64,000 bases of DNA from a virus (taxonomy: Duplodnaviria; Caudoviricetes): IMG/VR virus record IMGVR_UViG_3300007072_000001, positions 1 through 64,000 of that record, one strand, 5' to 3'. The position numbers and the translations under genes were made by a program. Positions within the stretch are counted from its first letter, which is position 1. Each line of letters starts with the position of its first letter. Shown piece by piece: positions 58,308-64,000 of this stretch. The notes beneath the pieces were generated by a model, which was not told the DNA's origin, made no database searches, and saw only the letters and a list, made by a program, of their open reading frames with translations.

Positions 58308-58442
58308 ATTCCATTATAGTAGTTGTAAAAGTCAGTATACTTGCTGACACCCAATAGATGGCTCTTACATAATCCTTACAAAAAATATACCCTATACAGG
58401 CTACTAAATCCAAAATACTTAAAAGATATGGGAAAAAATTTT

Positions 58443-59645
58443 TCATACACTCAACAACCTTGCTTTGGCTATTTCTACGTAACCTTTGTTCATTTCACAC
58501 CCTATAAACTTTCTTTCTAACAAAACGGATGCCACTCCCGTAGTCCCACTACCCATAAAGGGGTCTAATATTATATCCCCCTTACGACTAAACATTGTAA
58601 TAAGATAAGCCATCAGTTTTATTGGTTTTACGGTAGGGTGATTATTACCAACGGGTCTATCTATATTTTTAAATTCGCCAGCATTGTTAGTTCTGCAAAC
58701 CTGTCTATTATTTAATGCTTCACATCCTTTATTCTTTTCGCTCTTGCTTGCCTTGGGGAATATAGCAAATTGTGTTTCATACCATCTATCTAAATCAAAA
58801 TATCTGCTATAACTTCCTTCATCTCCTCTTGGTTCATTTCCTTTTGTTGCACCTTGTTGCCTCTTATAAACCTTACCATCATTTAAACTATCATCACTCA
58901 CTAACAAATTAGCAGGGAAACGACCTTGCGGATTACTTTCTACTGATTTATTATCTTCTATTGTGGCAAAATTATCCCCTTCTTTACACTTACCTTTTTC
59001 ACTTTGAAAAGGTATTCTGCAATTATCTAACCAACTTATACCTTTACCATTCTTTAATGCTTGGTCAACATAAGTTTTTTCTTCTAGGGGTTTCATAGCC
59101 ACTATTATCATTTCAACAGCAGGCTTCGGTTGAAATCCACCATAAGCACCCCCAAATTCACTATTACCTTTGGTTATAAAATCAGTTTTGCCTACTGTTC
59201 CACTTTCATAAATGGTATTTGATTTGTCACAATTTTCTATACTATTAGGGTTTCTGCCTATTACTTGCCTTTCAACCCTTCTACGTTTATCTATCATCTT
59301 TCCTATATTAATCGCTTTTGGAAACCCTGTAGCAAAACTCCAAACAATAGGGGTGAAATCTACTTTAAACCCTGCTTCCTCTATTCGTTGGCACATACGC
59401 CAATATACATCTGTCCTGGGTGCAGACATAGTACACATAAACGCACCTGGTTTTAACACTCTGAAGCATTCTTTAAATACTTCTTTATCAGGTAGACTTT
59501 TATCCCAGTTATGACCCTGATACCCATAAGGTGGGTCTGTTATAACTGCATCAACACTATTATCTTCCATCTGTTTTAACTTGTCTAAACAATTACCTAG
59601 GTAAATATCGGTATATTTTCTTTTACTTTTTCTATATAGTTTCAT
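58443..59645 (-). CDS. Beta-class N6-adenine/N4-cytosine DNA methyltransferase
   Basis: TDPPY, HPTVKP, LDPFMGSGTTG, GRFPAN insert. Confidence 0.93.
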   Translation of the reverse strand: MKLYRKSKRKYTDIYLGNCLDKLKQMEDNSVDAVITDPPYGYQGHNWDKSLPDKEVFKECFRVLKPGAFMCTMSAPRTDVYWRMCQRIEEAGFKVDFTPIVWSFATGFPKAINIGKMIDKRRRVERQVIGRNPNSIENCDKSNTIYESGTVGKTDFITKGNSEFGGAYGGFQPKPAVEMIIVAMKPLEEKTYVDQALKNGKGISWLDNCRIPFQSEKGKCKEGDNFATIEDNKSVESNPQGRFPANLLVSDDSLNDGKVYKRQQGATKGNEPRGDEGSYSRYFDLDRWYETQFAIFPKASKSEKNKGCEALNNRQVCRTNNAGEFKNIDRPVGNNHPTVKPIKLMAYLITMFSRKGDIILDPFMGSGTTGVASVLLERKFIGCEMNKGYVEIAKARLLSV

Positions 59646-59901
59646 TGAAAAAATCCTCCTCTCGGCATACTATATACCTTTCATTATTCTTAATTATCCT
59701 TAAAGTATTCAAACAGAGCTTGTCTAACTTTTTATTTTCGTCTGTCTCCTTTGGAAGATTTAGGAAGTATATTCCGTTTGGATTCAATTTCTTTTTTGCA
59801 TCCTTCAGAGTAAGCTGTTTGAGCTCTCCAGATTTTAGTATGCCGCTCCTTAGTAATATTGCTGCTTCCAGCTTTTGGAACCACAGTTCTTTCAAGTCCA
59901 T
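59632..59901 (-). CDS. Hypothetical protein
   Basis: AAGGAGG RBS. Confidence 0.55.
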   Translation of the reverse strand: MDLKELWFQKLEAAILLRSGILKSGELKQLTLKDAKKKLNPNGIYFLNLPKETDENKKLDKLCLNTLRIIKNNERYIVCREEDFFNETI

Positions 59902-60001
59902 GCACCTCCTTCATTCCATATATAAGAGGGGGAATCTTTGAATCCATTGCTTTCATCTTCCTACCTCCTGAATTCTGATTTCTTTTTTATCTTACAATAT
60001 A

Positions 60002-60030
60002 ATTATACACTATAAGGCAACGTTTGTAAA
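60002..60030 (-). promoter_or_regulatory. Host sigma70-type promoter
   Basis: TTTACA-N17-TATAAT. Confidence 0.75.
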
Positions 60031-60096
60031 CTGATATTTTTAAGTTTCGTATATTTTTTTGTAATCATTACAATCTAATGTTATATGCTGTTTTGT

Positions 60097-60540
60097 TTAT
60101 TCTAATGCTGGTATTTTCGGTGTTGCTTTTTCGTTGTTCTTATTGACAAATTTATAGTCATCAACGAGGTCAATATTATGAGTGGCATCTTTCAGTAAAT
60201 ATGTAAAGTCTTTGATGTTGTGGTCTACAGTGACATATTCGCCATCAGCATCCAAGCGGCAATGACAATACTCATGAAGTATAGTCCACTTCTGTTCATC
60301 ATTATCCAAGCGGTCAAAGTTATCACTAACTATGACCATAAAATATTTTTTCTCTGTCAGTAATGCATACTCGCCCTTAATTGGTTTAATGTAAGCTATT
60401 TTTGTTTTACTTCTTGCATTAGAACGAAGTACTATTATCCTTTCCGGTTCTACATTGATACGACCTTCAAGTGCGTTTTGTTCGAACATTTGTTTTAACA
60501 ATGGTTGAAATTCCTCGTCCGCTAGTTGAAATTTGTTCAT
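60097..60540 (-). CDS. Putative phage metallopeptidase
   Basis: ILHEYCH and DHNIKDF motifs. Confidence 0.8.
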   Translation of the reverse strand: MNKFQLADEEFQPLLKQMFEQNALEGRINVEPERIIVLRSNARSKTKIAYIKPIKGEYALLTEKKYFMVIVSDNFDRLDNDEQKWTILHEYCHCRLDADGEYVTVDHNIKDFTYLLKDATHNIDLVDDYKFVNKNNEKATPKIPALE

Positions 60541-60754
60541 ATCTATCCTCCAGTTTTGGTAAATATCTCTTCAAACGTCTTTCGTCAAAATAAAACTTTT
60601 TATACAATTTTTGATTGCGATAAATGTGTACCCTTGTATCAAACCAAATTCTTATAATACAATTCTTTCCTAAAAAACTTACATATCGCTCGTGGACCCT
60701 ATCTGGTCGGATACAATTACTTCGTAAAAACCTTTCCAGATATTCCACAAACAT
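60467..60754 (-). CDS. Hypothetical protein
   Basis: Fills gap; overlaps neighbours. Confidence 0.45.
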   Translation of the reverse strand: MFVEYLERFLRSNCIRPDRVHERYVSFLGKNCIIRIWFDTRVHIYRNQKLYKKFYFDERRLKRYLPKLEDRYEQISTSGRGISTIVKTNVRTKRT

Positions 60755-61259
60755 CTTCGATTTTCTCCTTCACTTCTTTTACAAGAATATCAAACTTATC
60801 ATTGTAGACGAGCAACTTATGTTGAATCATTGATTGATTATGCAAACGAAGAAATATAGAACGCTCCTTTGCCAAATCTTGTTTTTCATCTTTGCCATCA
60901 CGCTTTTTTATTCTTGATTGGGCAACAGCTTCGTGTACATCTATTGTTATGAGAATAACATTAGATACATCATTGCCGAAGATTTTCTTTTCAAAGTCCG
61001 CTATATCAGTTTTAGTATTTCTTAATGTAAGGTCATAGACAGCTTCAGAAAGATGAAATCTATCAACAATAATGTTGTCATTCTTGTGTTGTTGGTAATA
61101 ATCAACAAAGAATTTTTTACGAGAAGTTTGACTCTTTGCGTCGACCTTTGCCCATTGTTCTCTAATGTCAGCTCGCTTGTAGTTTGGGTAAAAACTAGTC
61201 AGTGCATCGATAAGTCCACTCTTCCCAGAGCCGTCTATGCCTTCGATAATAATGAACAT
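60717..61259 (-). CDS. Thymidylate/dNMP kinase
   Basis: IIEGIDGSGKS, VDRFHLSEAVY. Confidence 0.88.
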   Translation of the reverse strand: MFIIIEGIDGSGKSGLIDALTSFYPNYKRADIREQWAKVDAKSQTSRKKFFVDYYQQHKNDNIIVDRFHLSEAVYDLTLRNTKTDIADFEKKIFGNDVSNVILITIDVHEAVAQSRIKKRDGKDEKQDLAKERSIFLRLHNQSMIQHKLLVYNDKFDILVKEVKEKIEDVCGISGKVFTK

Positions 61260-61262
61260 GAA

Positions 61263-62489
61263 TTACCCTTTGTAGCCTATGACCTTGAAGAGGTCCTGAA
61301 CTGGGTATTTCACATAGTCATCGAACTTCTTCATAGGCTCGATGTCCTTGATTTTCTTATCAGCGAGTACCATGCAGTCATAAGCATAAAGCCTGCACTT
61401 GATGTCATCTATCTTGAAGACGACATAGTTCTTATTGACTTTGGTACCACCAACTTTTTCAAGATGAGCTTTGACAGCTTTGTAGAGAGCTTCGGTTTCC
61501 TTGCGGTCGATTTTACCTTTGCGGGTTCCTTTGCCTTCAGCTTTCTCTTTCTTTTCTTCCTTCTTTTCTTCTTTATCTTTCTTCTCTTCTTTCGGTTCCT
61601 TTTTCTCTTCCTTTTCTTCCTTGGCTTCGGCTTTCTTTTCTTCTTTCTTTTCCTCTTTAACTTTGTCAGCCACACTTTCTGCACCACTAAAATCGTATTC
61701 CTTCTGATTCTCCGCTTCAATAAGCCTCATATCAAGTGGAACAGTGACCAAACTAAATTTTGGATGAGTTATTCCAAAAATTTCAAGTTTGTCACCTTTT
61801 TTTTCAATTTTTGTGATTTTTACTACTGTACCCCTTCCAACTGTTTTATAAACCTTCCCCAATTCAACATCTTTACCAACAACACCTTTCTCTTCTGACA
61901 TATCAAAAACCTCCTTTATGGATATAATTTTATTCCTATAGTTATTAAAAATCGTTTCGTTGCCGTATTTTCTGTTTATGTCATCCACAAAACCATTTCT
62001 GCTCAAAAATGAAGGATGCCAAATAAAAAAATACTTGTACTTATCATTGGCATCGAATTGGTCCTTAAAGTAAGCTACAAAAGCTTTGGCTTGTTCTCCC
62101 ATACATATTATATACTTCAAATTCCTCATTCTTTTAATTTCATTCAACAAAAACTTGTTTACACATATTTCTGTAACTTTTAAATTTGGCACTTCATTTG
62201 TAGCACATTTAACAACATTTGTTAAATAAAAATCTTTTTCAGTCAATCCAAGTAGCTCTATCATCCAATGAAAAACAACTTCACTTTTAACCTTATCTTC
62301 TTTCTTTTTGTAAAATCCAAAAGGTACTATGTCTTCATTAGGTGTCTCTGGTTTTTGTTGTCCTGGTGTCTGTGCAATGAACAATATTTCCGAATCTATA
62401 TTCCCTATATTACCACCGCGTTTATCTGACAAACAATTTTTATCACACTCAAATATTTTTTGATTCCAATCATTGACCATCTTTTGCAT
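61263..62489 (-). CDS. Uracil-DNA glycosylase (family 4-like) in frame with a second KE-rich protein starting at 61901
   Basis: IAQTPG, YLTNVVKC, ICMG, WHPSF; internal AAGGAGG RBS before MSEEKG. Confidence 0.75.
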   Translation of the reverse strand: MQKMVNDWNQKIFECDKNCLSDKRGGNIGNIDSEILFIAQTPGQQKPETPNEDIVPFGFYKKKEDKVKSEVVFHWMIELLGLTEKDFYLTNVVKCATNEVPNLKVTEICVNKFLLNEIKRMRNLKYIICMGEQAKAFVAYFKDQFDANDKYKYFFIWHPSFLSRNGFVDDINRKYGNETIFNNYRNKIISIKEVFDMSEEKGVVGKDVELGKVYKTVGRGTVVKITKIEKKGDKLEIFGITHPKFSLVTVPLDMRLIEAENQKEYDFSGAESVADKVKEEKKEEKKAEAKEEKEEKKEPKEEKKDKEEKKEEKKEKAEGKGTRKGKIDRKETEALYKAVKAHLEKVGGTKVNKNYVVFKIDDIKCRLYAYDCMVLADKKIKDIEPMKKFDDYVKYPVQDLFKVIGYKG

Positions 62490-62937
62490 TTTTAACCATC
62501 TTCCTCATACTAATTCCAGCTTCTTTCAATAACATCATTCCAAGTTCATCAGTATATTCCTCTTCATACACTACTTCTTTGATGCCAGCATTAATTATTA
62601 TTTTAGCACAAAAAGAACAAGGACTGTATATAGTATATATTGTAGCTCCTTCTGTTGGTATTCCATGAAAAGCTGCCTGAGCAATTGCGTTTGCTTCAGC
62701 ATGAGCTGCCATACAATATTCAAGCTTAGTCCCACTTTGAACATCCTCTCTCATGCAAACTCCCTTATCCAAACAACTTTTCACTCCCCTTGGAGCACCA
62801 TTGTAGCCAGTAGATACGATATGTTTATTCACAACAAGAACAGCACCAACTTGTCTACGAAGACAAGAGCTACGTTTGGCCACAGTATAAGCTATGTCCA
62901 TATACATCCTATCAGATTCAATTCGTCTTCTTGACAT
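62470..62937 (-). CDS. dCMP deaminase
   Basis: SCLRRQVGA, TGYNG, HAEANA, PCSFC. Confidence 0.95.
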   Translation of the reverse strand: MSRRRIESDRMYMDIAYTVAKRSSCLRRQVGAVLVVNKHIVSTGYNGAPRGVKSCLDKGVCMREDVQSGTKLEYCMAAHAEANAIAQAAFHGIPTEGATIYTIYSPCSFCAKIIINAGIKEVVYEEEYTDELGMMLLKEAGISMRKMVKNAKDGQ

Positions 62938-63976
62938 TTAGCAACTCCATTATTGTGTCGTTTAATATCTTAGCCCCTTCTTCCATTGTCTCCACATTAT
63001 AAACTAAACTTCCATCTTCTTTAACAATTGCTTTAATCTTTTTTATAAGGTCTTTTACTGTATTTGTATAAGATGACATATTAACTATGTATTTGTAGTT
63101 CTTTTTCACAAAACCATTAACTCTAAACGTGTCTGATAATATAAGCTTAAGATTACACCATGCCATTTCTCTACAGGCTATTCCGCCGTGTGGCTCTTCG
63201 TTTTTGTCAAACAATTGAACTCCAACATTTGATGTGCAAAGAAGCTCAATGTATTTTTCTCTTACATCTGGATATTTGAATAAATATATTGACTGACCGT
63301 GTTCAAGCACCAACTCTGTGAAATCTGTGTGGTCATTTTCTTTGATAATGCTAATATTTTGTTTCTGAAGTCTTTCAATCAAAATCTGCTTCCCTTTTTC
63401 TTTTGTTGGATTTGTGAAGATAAATTGAAACTCTCTTGTATCAAACTGTCCCGTGGTAATAGCACCCAACATATCATGCCAGTGGTTATAATTTGTAGTT
63501 CCTATTCGTCCTGGAAATACTATTTTCCAAGGCACATTAAACCTCTCTACTGTAAACCTCTTCTTCCATTCATTTATTTCTTTTGCATATGCTCCTTGCT
63601 TTATAACTCGAATCTTTTTCTTAAGAATGTTTATGATTTTACTATTGAATTCATTCGCAGCATATCGAATAAACAAATCCTTGTTGGCCTGAGTGATTTC
63701 AAATGCAACATCTGATGATATTACTCCATCCACCTGACGAATGCGATAATTGATATTCTCAGGTAAACCATGTCCTTGAAAATCATTCTTCTGTATGATT
63801 GGAGTATTTGGTGCAAGAATTCTTATATTTCTGGTTAACGTAGGATTATTATTTATAATAATATCTGGTTTATGTTCTTTGATTATTGCTTCAACCTTTT
63901 GAGCATTAAAATCATATCTCCCAATTTTTGAGTCCAAATACATATCAATTGGAATCATCGTAACATTTGATGGCAT
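62918..63976 (-). CDS. GT-B glycosyltransferase-like protein (start may lie beyond the window)
   Basis: HKPDIII, IVFPGR, REKYIELL, EPHGGIACREM donor-binding motif. Confidence 0.6.
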   Translation of the reverse strand: MPSNVTMIPIDMYLDSKIGRYDFNAQKVEAIIKEHKPDIIINNNPTLTRNIRILAPNTPIIQKNDFQGHGLPENINYRIRQVDGVISSDVAFEITQANKDLFIRYAANEFNSKIINILKKKIRVIKQGAYAKEINEWKKRFTVERFNVPWKIVFPGRIGTTNYNHWHDMLGAITTGQFDTREFQFIFTNPTKEKGKQILIERLQKQNISIIKENDHTDFTELVLEHGQSIYLFKYPDVREKYIELLCTSNVGVQLFDKNEEPHGGIACREMAWCNLKLILSDTFRVNGFVKKNYKYIVNMSSYTNTVKDLIKKIKAIVKEDGSLVYNVETMEEGAKILNDTIMELLNVKKTN

Positions 63977-64000
63977 TTCCTTATTGAATTCGCTTTTGCT

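Noticed and set aside
33-63715. Plus-strand ORFs in the ORF track
   Set aside because: They are antisense shadows of minus-strand genes (Ser/Phe/Leu-rich mirror composition, no recognisable motifs)
1-64000. Stop-codon reassignment (alternative genetic code)
   Set aside because: Long conserved genes are intact in code 11 and all three stops are used; the breaks seen are frame shifts, not in-frame stops

Overview
A 64-kb AT-rich segment of a large tailed dsDNA phage (Caudoviricetes). Essentially every credible gene lies on the minus strand. Left part (1-28.9 kb): secreted/Thr-Pro-rich proteins, a MuF-like protein, a lysozyme-like enzyme, two paralogous fibre-like proteins and the head module (major capsid, decoration, scaffold, prohead protease, portal, intein-containing terminase). 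Among these sit modular proteins that look like head cargo, including a 925-aa 2H-phosphoesterase(Acb1-like)+GNAT+ART-like protein. Right part (28.9-64 kb): accessory, replication, recombination and nucleotide genes (RecA, Toprim primase, RusA, SbcCD, GroES, DnaE, dUTPase, dNMP kinase, dCMP deaminase, UDG, methylase, glycosyltransferase), sigma-like proteins, three tRNAs and two TnpB-derived IS remnants. Main observations: (1) a ~20-aa [IL]xx[LMF]IxxG[KY][TSK]xxEIxx[IM] helical tag shared by six unrelated late proteins and flanked by [ILV]-x-[AGS] sites, a candidate removable capsid-loading signal with protease-processed effector polyproteins; (2) a bipartite phage promoter TAGTTA-N8-TATTTA seen seven times; (3) DnaE apparently split inside an intein that carries a Vsr-like endonuclease; (4) a 37-bp collapsed IS607 copy supplying the lysin stop codon; (5) a structured attenuator-like leader before a sigma factor. 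At least five genes are repaired by adding one base, so the assembly probably has deletion errors and some breaks must be read cautiously. All family calls come from motifs recognised by eye, not from database searches.
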